Assembly: GCF_004010195.1 (NCBI RefSeq) | Contig: NC_057720.1 | Span: 29,913,631 to 29,970,089, forward strand | DNA length: 56,459 nt | Source of the DNA: Chiloscyllium plagiosum | Taxonomy: Eukaryota | Direction: 5' to 3' | In this document: one piece after another, positions 1 through 12,151 of the stretch | How positions within the stretch are numbered: the stretch's first letter is position 1 | Layout: the number at the start of each line of letters is the position of its first letter | The notes under the pieces: generated by a model | Told to the model about the DNA's origin: nothing | The model's input: the letters and a program-made list of their open reading frames with translations, nothing else | The model's database searches: none | Position numbers and translations under genes: made by a program

Positions 1-139
1 CTGTGGCTTGGACAGGAAAAGATCCTGCTGTCATCTTGGTTAGTTGCTACTGTAATTATTAGAGGTTTTTTTCTGATATACAAGTTAACATTTTTCAATC
101 TGAATGGAATCAAATAAAATGAAATTATTTTGATGTTTG

Positions 140-859
140 GTCATAGAGTCATAGAGATGTATAGCATGGTCCAACCCATCCATGCAGACCAGATATCCCA
201 ACCCAATCTAGTCCCACCTGCCAGCACCCAGCCCATATCCCTCCAAACCCTTCCTATTCATATACCCATCTAAATGCCTCTTAAATGTTGCAATTGTACC
301 AGCCTCCACCACATCCTCTGGCAGCTCATTCCATACACGTACCACCCTCTGCATGAAAAGGTTGCCTCTTAGGTCTCTTTTATATCTTTCCCCTCTCACC
401 CTAAACCTATGCCCTCTAGTTCTGGATTCCCCGACCCCAGAGTAAAGACTTTGTCTATTTATCCTATCCATGCCCCTCATAATTTTGTAAACCTCTATAA
501 GGTCACCCCTCAGCCTCCGACGCTCCAGGGAAAACAGCCCCAGCCTGTTCAGCCTCTCCCTGTAGCTCTGATCCTCAAACCCTGGCAGCATCCTTGTAAA
601 TCTTTTCTAAACCCTTTCAAGTTTCACAACATCTTTCTGATAGGAAGGAGACCAGAATTGCATGCAATATTCCAACAGTGGCCTAACCAATGTCCTGTAC
701 AGCCGCAACATGACCTCCCAACCCCTGTACTCAATACTCTTACCAATAAAGGAAAGCATACCAAACACCTTCTTCACTATCCTATCTACCTGCGACTCCA
801 CTTTCAAGGAGCTATGAACCTGCACTCCAAGGTCTCTTTGTTCAGCAACACTCCCTAGG
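140..859 (-). mobile_element. 5'-truncated CR1 (HER1-like) LINE, 3' part of ORF2 plus 3' UTR
   Basis: ORFs 607..825 and 208..591 give the CR1 RT C-terminus (LYRTLVRPLLEYC, LFSLERRRLRGDLIEVYK, VWNELP); tail (ACTCTATG)n at 140-157. Confidence 0.95.
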
Positions 860-2504
860 TGAATCGTTTTACAAGCAGAAACTGGTCTGGCATTGAGATC
901 ATCTGTCTGCTAAGCAGCCACATTATTTCGATTTTGTTTCATCAAAGGCCACACTGATGAATAGCACTGTTACTGCTAACAATTTTTAATGGATCCTTGA
1001 CTATATTTACAAATTTAAATGCTATTACACCACAGATTAATAGCAATATCATCCAAATAAAAATTCTACAATTCAAATCATGAACAATAAAACAAGTTGT
1101 CAGCTCAGAGTGAAATAGCATGAAAAAACATCTGGCTATAATGTCTTGTTTAAGCTCACTGCTTTCATTGAAATAAAAGTTCTCAGAATTTATCTATGTA
1201 TCAAAAAATGCTAACAACAGTAAATTATAGCTTCACATTATTTTCTAACTATTTTGCCCATTAAAATTCCTTGGATTGATATTATCACATTTTAAAAACT
1301 TTCCCATTCCTTTATGTTGATCGCTGGTTAAAGTGTAGCTGTTATTCACAGCCTAACAGTGGACCACTTCCTAATGTCTGTGCCCCTCACCATGCAGACC
1401 CATGTCCCAATGACCATCTGGCTAAAATTATGTCAAAATCTTTCAATCAACAAGTAAAACCACTGAGAGATAACAGCAAGAGGCATAGAAGAGAATACAG
1501 CTGTTCATACTAACAATCTGCAGTCAAACCTACCAGGTGGCAACTGAAGGCCCCATTGTGGGAAAGTCTGTAAGAATGAGATATGGCTCATATGCAACCT
1601 GCAAACTCACAGTCAACACCAACATCTCACTTTCATTCAGCCATCTACAAGGAAAAATCATTATTGATATAAAAGATTATTAATAATGACAACCGAGTTA
1701 CAAGGTCTTGTCCATGTCAAAATTGTAAAGTTAAACACTTACATGCCATAATGAAGCACAATGCACAAGCTGCAATGCCAGTGCCCCTGTAATCTTAACA
1801 TTCTTAATCCATTTAGATCAGCAAAACACAAAAACACCATTTTCAGTCTTTGCTGTCATTTAGGTTAAATTCACTCTATATAAAATAAATAACTAGATTA
1901 GTTCTTAGTTATGGTTAAACAATAATATTATTGAAAAAGTACTTAGCACATTTTTATGGCACTCACTGCTATCCTATTGGTGGCATTAGCCCATTTAAAA
2001 TACATGGATTAATGTAAGCATTAAAATAGTGGGAAGAGGAATTTCAACCATTAAACACTCATATTGCAAGTACTACTTTCTTGGTAAAATGCTTTTTAAA
2101 TTAAATGCCTTCTATTCATCTGCTATTAGATATCTCCAACATGCTTTAAAGATATTGTCTGGTATCTATTAAATGAATTAACACCAGTATCTAGTTGTAA
2201 ACTGAAAAAAAATGTTTTACTACATTAATGAACATTTAGGACAATCTGCCAAGTTAAAATATTAGCTGGTCTTAGACTTTCTGGACTTTCTCACTGTCAA
2301 CTATAAACTTATCTTAAAAGATATTCCCCTGCAAGAACTAGATGAAAGTAATGAAATGGAATACCTTTTTTTCCTCATTTTTCTTAACTTGAACAGAAAT
2401 ATAGCTAGACTGCTCTTTTTATTCTGACAACCACAGGGAACTCATCATACACCAAAAGGTGTCACAATGAGGTTAATAAGAATGACTAGTGTACTTGATG
2501 TAAA

Positions 2505-2670
2505 GTGGGGTTGAGACACAATGCTGAAGGCAGAATAAAGGGTATTTTAGCTACTATTTAATCAACGTTGTACCTGTCCCCAAAGTGCTCAGTAGTAACA
2601 TTAAATTCAGAGCAAGTATAGCAGTTCATTCATAGCACTGACATTTCTTACATTGAAGCACATAAATTCA
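2505..2670 (+). mobile_element. LF-SINE-like ancient SINE, 3' half relic
   Basis: Blocks gggttgagacacaatg...ggcag...tgtacctgt...gcacataaattca are colinear with the LF-SINE 3' half as I recall it; heavily diverged. Confidence 0.4.
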
Positions 2671-5600
2671 TATCCCTAACACTGACCGTCTGAATACTGG
2701 GATGCTGAGCCCTTTGAAAGGAATTCTAATAACACATTACATCTTAAAATTCCAAATCATCAATTTTACTGATACCAGATAGAAAAGAGATGGGAAGAAA
2801 TAATCATCTTCTTAAGCATACCATCATTATGTTCGAAAAGCATTAAACTTATTGCTTATGCCAAAAGGTTTATTTGTGATATGATTAATATTTTTCTGAC
2901 TGTGACTGTTCCTAACCTGACACTGAACTTATGTCCAAACAAAACAGTAAAAGACAGCATTGAATTTTCAAATGCATCCTCTTCCTACTCATTGCTAGGC
3001 ATTAGTGAAGAAGGCAATCTGTGGTAGAGGAAGGGTGTGACAATATCACATCTGTATGTAACCACTGTAATAGAAATGTGAATCAGTTATTCAGAAGTTA
3101 TTTGTAAAATACTTTCTGTACAGATGAAATCATTTTTATTTACATTTTTCAAAACGTTAGTGAGGTGTTAATCCCTAGGTTACAATATTAATGGGGAATA
3201 GCCAGTGTTGTCTCTGAAATGTAAATATATGTCCATTGTGTTGATGAGCTGTGTATTAAGTCAGTGTTGCCTTACCCAGATGGTGAGAAGAGTCTTTCCT
3301 ATTTCCTTATTCCTCAGTAATTGCAACAGTTCTGTAAAATGTTCAACACTAGATTATTCAAAGAACTCAGAGTCCTTAGCAATGCATTAAAAAAAAATTC
3401 AGACCATGATTCATTGCATGTTCTCCAATGCACTATAGAAAAACAAGATTCTATCTGTATACAACATCATTTTTTAATATTTGGAAGGGAAAGTCAATAC
3501 ATTCTGAATAACATGTTTTCAAAGATCCAATGTCAACAACTTTCTGTTAACCATACAGTGATAGAATTATACATGTAAGCTATCTTAAATTAGAAAAAAA
3601 AGAAAATTGAGAGACATTAATTAGATAGGTCATAGTCATGCAATCAAGTAACACTATTTTGAAAGTATCACAATCTGCTTGTTTTATGGAGGATACATAG
3701 AATAATGCCCAACCAAATAATTTATACCAACCACTAGATTTTATGAAAAAGTAAAATGTGTACTTCAGAAATCTGGAGTCATGAGGGCATGAAAGTTGGT
3801 CACTGACTGATAAGGACTTGATCTCTTTATACTATGATTCATGAGTGAAGAGGAGATGACTACACTGTTCATTTCTCCTCTTTTCCATATAATATTGGCT
3901 TCATAGAGCTAGAGCCTGGAGTAAGAATAAAGTGTATAATTTATTATACAATCTGTTCAATATTTCTGAAAAGTAAAATCACATCACAAAGGTTCAAAGT
4001 ATGCATTCTGTTTTAAATTTCAACATTACCAATTACATTGAATAATTACTGTTTATTTAGTAAAAAATATATTTTGCTGTGGGTGCTTACTTTTCGAAAT
4101 GGAGCAACTCATGCACATGGCCCTGCAAAGTATTCAGTGAATTGCAAAATGTTAAATGGAATGAACAGATTATGGCAGTATATGTTTGAAATGATAAGAG
4201 TGTGGTGCTAAATCTAGCTCCTAGATGTAATAATATCTGAACCATCAAGAAGATAAATATCAAACCATCTATCGATGAATAAAACATTTGAGCAATGGAG
4301 AGGATAGTTTGTATTTAACTTGACTTTAAATCTGACCAATAAAGAAAGGAATTTATTTAGTTTTGAAGGGAACAGACAGCCTCATTGCTTCTATCTTGGA
4401 TGATATAGAAAGAGAAAATTTGTTCTTGTTCTCATCATGCCCCATAACACATTGTAACAAATGTGGTACTGTTAAAGTCAGTTGCTTTATTGGCAAAGAA
4501 AACTATACCCTGGGAATGGGAACCTGCTTGTTCTGGGGTCATTTAATCATGTATATATTATAGAGATTCTGGGACATGAGTTCAAATTCAACTCACCAAA
4601 AGGTTTGATATTAATGTTAAGAAAAAAGGAACTTTCCCACTTAAGCTCTGATCTTTCTTTCTTGCCAATGTACAAGATAGTCTTGTACTCTCCATGAAAA
4701 TTCATAATGAGTGAATAACATTTAAGGTTAGCATTAATTTACTTCATCGAGCCTATATCTACACTAACAGTGAAATTCAAAAATGCCAATGACTCTGGGT
4801 ACTTTCAAAACAGTAATTGTGATTTGTTTGATTTTTGTAAATAACTAAGTTGCCAATGATAATTTAGTATCTGAACTGTAGTATGTAATGCCACTGAAGG
4901 AGCTTGCCTCTTGCAAAAAGGGAAAGTGCAAAGCAGATATTTAAAATAAAAATAAAAGTGAGTGAATTGCATTAAGTGTATTGTGCTACGTGGCCTTGTA
5001 AAACATTTCATTATAAAAAGCTTCTGCAGCTAATTAGATAAACTGCACTTTGTGAAGGTCACTTAAAAATATTTTTCAAAAAAGGGAATTTTTGATTGTG
5101 TGTATGTACTGTATAAGTAATGCAATCATGGGGTGAACTCCAGCAATTCATTTGCAAATGTTCCTTCATAGACCCATGTTTCCAGAGGCATAATCATGAT
5201 TGCCTCAACCACCATGGTAAGGTCTACAAGACCAATTGTGCATCTGCTTGTAATGGAAAAAAAACCACACAGAATGTAAAAATAACTCAAATATTGAGAA
5301 ATTTTGTTGACTTGTTTTACTGTAGGCACTATAAATGTTTATTTTGATGATTTTTAATGGGGGATCTGTATTTATCTGAATAGCCACATAATTCTGTATG
5401 TATATAAAGTGAGGTATCTGTACCTTATGGTGTCTCCAAGTCTTCCTTTCTTTTTAGAATGTCTGATCATATTCTGTTCTTAACTTCCTGCATTTGTACA
5501 CAGAATGTCATGGTGAATTATGATATATGTTAAGGGTTTGGGGAGGCATCAGTCTTGCATACTCTGCCATTCATGTCATCATTGAATTATGAGCTTTCAA

Positions 5601-7088
5601 TCCACATTTAGTTGACAGTGGAGACTATTGTTCACTTAGCTTGTTAGTTGGTGGAGAAACCAATTTAAATGGACTATTCTGCAGTTTCTTCATACTTGAA
5701 GAATCTTGAAATCTGCTGTTCCCATAAGTTCCACTCTAGAGTAAGTTGTTGGTGTCCAAATGAATTCCTCACCAATTTAGCAAGAACATCACAAAATGGT
5801 AATGTTTTCTATTGGCTGCTTTTGTCTTTTTGGATGATGAGCAATAGGAATGGGAGAGCCAGAAATATACAACTGCTACCCATTTAAGCTCTTTTATCCC
5901 CAGAAGAAAAATGCACTGACAAAGTCTATGCATTAATATTGCACCACTTTCTACTCACCAAAATCCTGTAATCATTGGATATTATTATTTTCCAGTTACA
6001 GGTTACCTAGTTTGTTGATGTCATTTTAATAATCATTTTCATTACTTAAATTTAGTGCTGCCTTCTCTCTCACCAGCAGTACAGAATCTGTTATGATTTT
6101 CTCCTTGAGTTGTTCTCTAATTTATATATGAAGGTCACACCATTGGCGGAAGATACCCTTTCCACAGTTATCAATTTGCTATGTAGTTGAAAGCAAGATC
6201 AATACTTCCCCTCATGGTATGACACACAATCACTAGTGGAAGGTGTTTGCAGCAAATGCTTTCTGTGCTGCATTTGGCACTAGACAAAATGTGTTCACGG
6301 CTGTTCAGGATAATCTGCTATTGTGAATTCCAATATCTTGTCAGTGCAGTGATGGAAGGGATTGTCAACAATGCTACCAGGTGACACTGCCTACTACACA
6401 CTGACGCCCAGGGTCATTCAGTACAGCCTTGATACAAAAGAGCTGAACTCCAGTAAAATCCTAGAGTCATAGAAAAGTTACACTACAGAAAGAGGCTATT
6501 AAGCCCATTATGCTTTCCCCAGACTGAATAAACTAACAGCCCATTCCAATCCCACTTCTGTGTACCTAGTTCCTAGCTTTACAGGTTACAGCATTTCAGG
6601 TGCAGTTCTAGGTTCCTTTTAAATGAATTGAGGGTTTCCATCTTAACCTTAAATCTGACAATGAATTCCAGACACCCAACGCTTTCTGGTGAATAAAATG
6701 TACCTTATGCCCTCTCTAATTCTACCAACCACCTTAAACCTGTTCCATTATTAATTGACTTCTCTGTTAGGGAAAGAAGGTCTTCCTGTCCACTCTATCC
6801 AAGCCCCTCAATGATTTTTACACCTTAATTAAGTCATTCCTCAGCTTCTGCAGTTTGAGGAGACTCAACACCAGACTATCCTATATTTCTTCATATCTTT
6901 AGATTTCAATGGTAACAGCCTTGTAAGTCTACTCTGTATTCTCTCTAGTGCTATTTTGACCTACAGCAATGTGATGACTGGAACTGTTAACAAAACTCTA
7001 GCTGCAGCCTAACCAACGTATTTTATAATTATAGCACTATAGAGTCATAATGTCATACAGCACAGAAACAGACCCTTCAATCCAACTT

Positions 7089-7296
7089 TAGAGTGGTGCT
7101 GGATAAGCACAGCAGGCTAGGCAGCATCCAAGGAGCTGGAAAATCAACATTTTAGGCAAAAGCCCTTACTGATGAAGGGCTTTTGCCCGAAACGTCAATT
7201 TTCCTGCTCCCAGGATGCTGCCTGACCTGCTATGCTTTTCCAGCACCACTCTAATCTTGACTCTAATCTCCAGTACCTGCGGTACCCACTTCTGCC
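7089..7296. mobile_element. Fold-back Penelope-like mini-element (inverted pseudo-LTR pair)
   Basis: Arms ~7089-7167 and ~7174-7253 are inverted copies, followed by a ~43-nt unpaired tail; duplication ccttcaatccaactt at 7074-7088 and 7295-7309; same sequence as the 3' end of the GIY-YIG-bearing PLE at 21608-22316. Confidence 0.85.
7169..7196 (+). ncRNA. Minimal hammerhead ribozyme core (PLE type), stem I not supported
   Basis: CTGATGA-A-GGGC-TTTT-GCCC-GAAAC-GTC; the 5' strand of stem I is lost at the fold-back junction. Confidence 0.65.
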
Positions 7297-8309
7297 TTCA
7301 ATCCAACTTGTCCATGCCAACCAAGAATCCTGAATTACATTGGTCCCACTTGCCTGAACTTAGCCTATATACTACTAAACCTTTCCTTTTCATGTGCCTA
7401 TCCAAATGTCTCTTAGGTGTTGTAACTGTACCCGGATCCATCACTTCCTTTGGCAGTTCATTCCACATATTAACCACCCTCTGTGTGAAAAAGTTGCCCC
7501 ATAGGTCTCTTTTAAATCTTTCTTTTCTCATCTTATAATTATGCCTTCTGGTTTTGAACTCCCCAACCCTTGGGAAAAAAACTTTTGCTATTTACTTTAT
7601 CTCTACCCCTCATGATTTTATAAATCTCTATAAGGTCACCCCTCAACCTCCTAGGCTCCAGTGAAAAATATCTCAGCCTCTCCTTATAACTCAAACCCTC
7701 CAGCCTGATAACATCCTTGTATAATCTTTTCTGCACCCCTCCAATTTAACAATAGCCTTCCAATAGCAGGGCAACATTTCTGGTTTTGTATTCACTACCT
7801 TTTCCAATATGCTATTTTTTTCCATCTTATCTACCTATCCTGCCATATTCAAGGCCCTGTGGACATATATGCCACGGTTTCTCACTTCCTCTACCCCTAT
7901 CAGCATCCTCCAATTTATTAAGACTCCTCCAGGTTGAATTACATTTGCCACTTTTTCTCCCACTCAACCAAACCATTGATATCATCCTGCAATTGACATT
8001 TTCTGCACTATTAACAATAGACCAATTTTTGTGCTGTCTGCAAATTTCTGAAACATGCCGTTCACATTTAAGTCTAAATCATTGATATATACCACAAACA
8101 ACAAGGAACCCAAAACCGAGCCCTGCGGAACACTGCAGAAATTGCTCTGCATTTGCTAAAACATTGAACCTTTACCCTTTGTTTCCTGTCACTAAGCAAA
8201 TTTTGGATCCACCTCACCAAATTTACCCATATCCCATGTGCTTTAATGTGGCTAGCTAGTCTACCATGTAAGGCCTTGTTGAATGCCTCACTGAGCTCCA
8301 TGTAGCCAA

Positions 8310-8422
8310 AAAATTACACAACATCAGGTTATAGTCCAACAGGTTTATTTGAAACCACAAGCTTTCGGAAACTCCGCTTCTTCTACAGGCACTCCAGTCC
8401 AATACCGTCACCTCCACATCAA
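8310..8422 (-). mobile_element. Short degenerate PLE pseudo-LTR fragment of a second family
   Basis: Minus strand cctgtagaagaagcggagtttccgaaagct resembles a decayed hammerhead; degenerate 16-bp duplication agctccatgtagccaa (8294-8309) / agatccacataggcaa (8423-8438), 12/16 with a CpG-decay signature. Confidence 0.55.
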
Positions 8423-8754
8423 AGATCCACATAGGCAACACTCACTGCATTACCCTTATTGATTCTTCTGGTTGCTTCCTCTAAAAATTCACTTAAATTC
8501 CTTAGACACAATCTCCCCTTAACAAAACCATGCTGACTGCCTGCTGATTAATCTGTGCCTCTGACAAACAGTTAATCCTATTTCCTAATTTAATTCCTCA
8601 TAGTTTATCCACCACCAAGGTCAGACTTACAGGCCTGTAAGTACTTGGCCTATCATTCTCAACCTTTTTGAATCATTAGCAGACCTCCAATCCTCACGTC
8701 TGTATCTCATGCAGATTTGAAAATAATCCTCAGACCATCCATTATTTCCTCCCT

Positions 8755-8987
8755 TAGAGTCATGGAGTCATCAAGATGTACAGCATGGAAACAGACCCTT
8801 CAGTCCCACTCATCCATGCTGACCAGATATCCTAACCTAATCTAGTTCCATTTGCCAGCACTTGGCCTATATCCCTCTAAACACTTCCTATTCATATATC
8901 CATCCAGAATGCCTTTTAATTGTTGTAATTGTACTAGCCTCTGCAACTTTCTCTGGTTGCCCGTTCCACACACATACCACTCTCTGC
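8755..8987 (-). mobile_element. CR1 3'-end fragment
   Basis: Same 3' UTR and tail as 140-859. Confidence 0.9.
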
Positions 8988-11246
8988 TTCTTTTCACACC
9001 CTAGAATTCAATTCATCCAGCCTTGGTAATTTATCTTTCAAGGAAGTCAATCCTCATTAGGAGTACTCATTAAGAACTCTGTTTATGTCTTCTGTATCCA
9101 TGCGTAAGCTAGCATGTAGATCTCTGAAAGCCTCTAACCTTTCCTTAGTCATCTTCTTGCTGTTAACATACTGATAAAACGTTTTTGAATTTTCCTTGAT
9201 TTTATCAGGAAGTATTGTTTGATATGCTCTCTTTGCTTTCCTAATTTCCATTTTCATTTCACCTCTAGACATTCTATATTCCTTTAAGCTTCCTGAAGTA
9301 TGACTTTTTTTTGAGATTGGCAAAAGCTTTACATTCCTGCTCGAAGTTACTCTGTGCGCTTTTGTATAACCTGGGGATTCTAAATTTGGCAGCATTATCC
9401 TTTTCTTTCCTTTGTGATACTGTGTCTATACAATAGCTGTGGAAACTCGCTTTCGAATGCTTCTAACTGATCTGCCACTGACTTGGCTTCATGTATCTGT
9501 GGCCAATTCACTTTTGCTAGACTATCTCTCAGCTTTGTAAAATTTGCCTTCCACAAGTTTTGCTTTTGTTCTACTTTGTCCTTTCCAAAAAGGATGCTAA
9601 ATCTAACTGTATTATGATCACTATCTCTAACATTTTCACCCCTTGCTATTCATCCATCTGACCAGTTCCATTTCCTAAGACTAAATCTAGAACCATACCC
9701 TCACTTATTTGTTTTGATATGTGCTGGCTAAAAAAGTTCTCTTGATTTTGTGTCCACTGTGAATTTTATGATGTTTGTATGCCTTTTGATATTTGGTTAT
9801 TTGAGATCTCCAACCATTACTGGCCTATTGTCTTTGCAGTCAGAAAGTTGCCTAAACTTTGCTTCTCTAACACTGTCCCACTATTTGGGGGAGTCTATAA
9901 TACACACCCAACAATGTGGTTGCTCCTATTTGTCTAATGTCAACACACACGGCCTCATAAAGAGCTTCATTTAGATAACATCCCTCCTCACAGCTGTAAT
10001 CAATTCTTTAACTAATAATGTTATGCTCCCACCTTTTTTTAATTCCCTTCTCTGTCTTACCTGAAAACCATATCCAGGGATGTCGAGCTGTCGGGCTTGC
10101 CTCTCTTTAAGCCAAATTTCCATTTAGACAATGGTATCCTGTTGCCATGTGTCTATCTGTGCCCTCAGCTCATTAGCTTTATTTGCTACACTCATTGCAC
10201 TTACATAAAAAACCTTGCAATAATGCTACATTTCAGTGTCGTACACTTTTAAATCTCTGTTTTCTCCATCTTTCAGTCATTTGCTAAGTTTCTGTGTCCC
10301 ATTTCTTGCTCTGAGCAGGAGATGGTCTCATCTCCCTGTCGATTTAGTTTAAACCCTCTCTGAAAGCACTAGAAAATACTCTACAAGGATAATTATTATG
10401 GTGCTGTTCAGATCTAGGGCATGTCCCACCTTTTCCAGAACTGATCATAATTTCCCAGAAATCTGATACCAAACCTCCTACACAAGCTTTCCAGTCACAC
10501 ATTCGTTGGGCAAATATTCTCCAATTGCTATCCTCACTAGCATATGGGTTTAGGAGGAATCTTGAGACTACTGCTTTAGAATTCCTACCTTTCAATCTCT
10601 TTACCCTCTCAGGAACCCATTTTCATTCCTACCTAGTCATGGATACCAAAATAGATCATATTATGGCTGATTATGCTTTCCAAGAAGAATGCCCTGCAGC
10701 TACTCTATAACACCTTGACCTTGGTACCAAAGAGGCATTCTGGAGTCACATCACTGCCACATAAGTGCCTGCCTGATCCTCTGACTATGGAATTTCTTAT
10801 CACCATTGCACTTTCACTCTTCTTCTTCCTCCACTGTACACTTGAGCTGCGTGTTGTTCCATCAACTTCGTTCTGGCTGCACTCTCCTGAGGAACCATTT
10901 TCCACACTATATCAGAAATGGAATTCCAGTTAGCAACTAAGGTATACAGAGGGTACCCTGTCTGGTTAAATTGGACTGCTTGGCAATCACCCATTCCCTT
11001 TCTCCTTTGCACTTCTAACCTGCTCTGTAACCACCTCCCTAATTGTGCTATCCATGTAGTCCTCTGCTTTGTGGATTCAAAACAGAAATCCAGAACTCCT
11101 GCTGGTGCAACTGATAACTCTTAGAGTCATGGAGTGATAGAGATGTACAGCACAGAAACAGACACTTCGGTTCAACTCATCCATGAGAGGTTAAAAATGT
11201 GTTGCTGGAAAAGCGCAGCAGGTCAGGCAGCATCAAAGGAACAGGA

Positions 11247-11284
11247 GAATCGACGTTTCGGGCAGAAGCCCTTCTTCAGGAATG
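11247..11284 (-). ncRNA. Minimal hammerhead ribozyme motif (PLE type), intact core
   Basis: Minus strand CATTC-CTGAAGA-A-GGGC-TTCT-GCCC-GAAAC-GTC-GATTC; weak stem I. Confidence 0.75.
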
Positions 11285-11749
11285 AAGAGAGTGTGCCAAG
11301 CAGGCCAAGATAAAAGGTAGGGAGGAGGGACTTGGGGGAGGGGTGTTGGGAATACGATAGGTGGAAGGAGGTTAAGGTGAGGGTGATAGGCTGGAGAAGG
11401 GGTGGGGGCGGAGAGGTCAGGAAGAAGATTGCAGGTCAAGAAGGCTGTGCTGACTCTGAGGGTTGGGACTGAGAAAAGGTGGGGGGAGGGGAAGTGAGAA
11501 AGCTGGAGAAATCTGCATTCATCCCTTGTGGTTGGAGGGTTCCTAGGTGGAAGATGAGGAGCTCTTCCTCCAGGCTTCGTGTTGCCATGGTCTGGCGATG
11601 GAGGAGGCCAAGGACCTGCATGTCTTTGGATGAGTGGGAGGGGGAGTTAAAGTGTTCAGTCACAGGGCAGTTGGGTTGGTTGGACACCTGCACCAACCAA
11701 CCCAACCGCCCCGTGACTGAACACTTTAACTCCCCCTCCCACTCTGCCT

Positions 11750-12151
11750 NNNNNNNNNNNNNNNNNNNNNNNNNNNNNNNNNNNNNNNNNNNNNNNNNNN
11801 NNNNNNNNNNNNNNNNNNNNNNNNNNNNNNNNNNNNNNNNNNNNNNNNNNNNNNNNNNNNNNNNNNNNNNNNNNNNNNNNNNNNNNNNNNNNNNNNNNNN
11901 NNNNNNNNNNNNNNNNNNNNNNNNNNNNNNNNNNNNNNNNNNNNNNNNNNNNNNNNNNNNNNNNNNNNNNNNNNNNNNNNNNNNNNNNNNNNNNNNNNNN
12001 NNNNNNNNNNNNNNNNNNNNNNNNNNNNNNNNNNNNNNNNNNNNNNNNNNNNNNNNNNNNNNNNNNNNNNNNNNNNNNNNNNNNNNNNNNNNNNNNNNNN
12101 NNNNNNNNNNNNNNNNNNNNNNNNNNNNNNNNNNNNNNNNNNNNNNNNNNN
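11750..12151. other. Assembly gap
   Basis: Run of N. Confidence 1.

Larger units (their letters stand above)
7039..7776 (-). mobile_element. 5'-truncated CR1 LINE nested in the older CR1, split by a PLE mini-element
   Basis: ORFs 7539..7736 and 7298..7531 match the CR1 ORF2 C-terminus; tail tagagtcat at 7040. Confidence 0.9.

Noticed and set aside
409..858. 149-aa plus-strand ORF and similar Pro/Gln-rich ORFs (23180..23560, 44265..44543, 50224..50418)
   Set aside because: Antisense shadows of CR1 ORF2, recurring in several copies
3848..3882. Small hairpin aagaggagatga...tcatttctcctctt
   Set aside because: Short, purine/pyrimidine-biased and bulged; no other support
7089..7296. Palindromic elements as DNA-transposon MITEs or miRNA precursors
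   Set aside because: The asymmetric tail, variable 13-15 bp TSD and identity to the 3' end of GIY-YIG PLEs point to a retroelement origin
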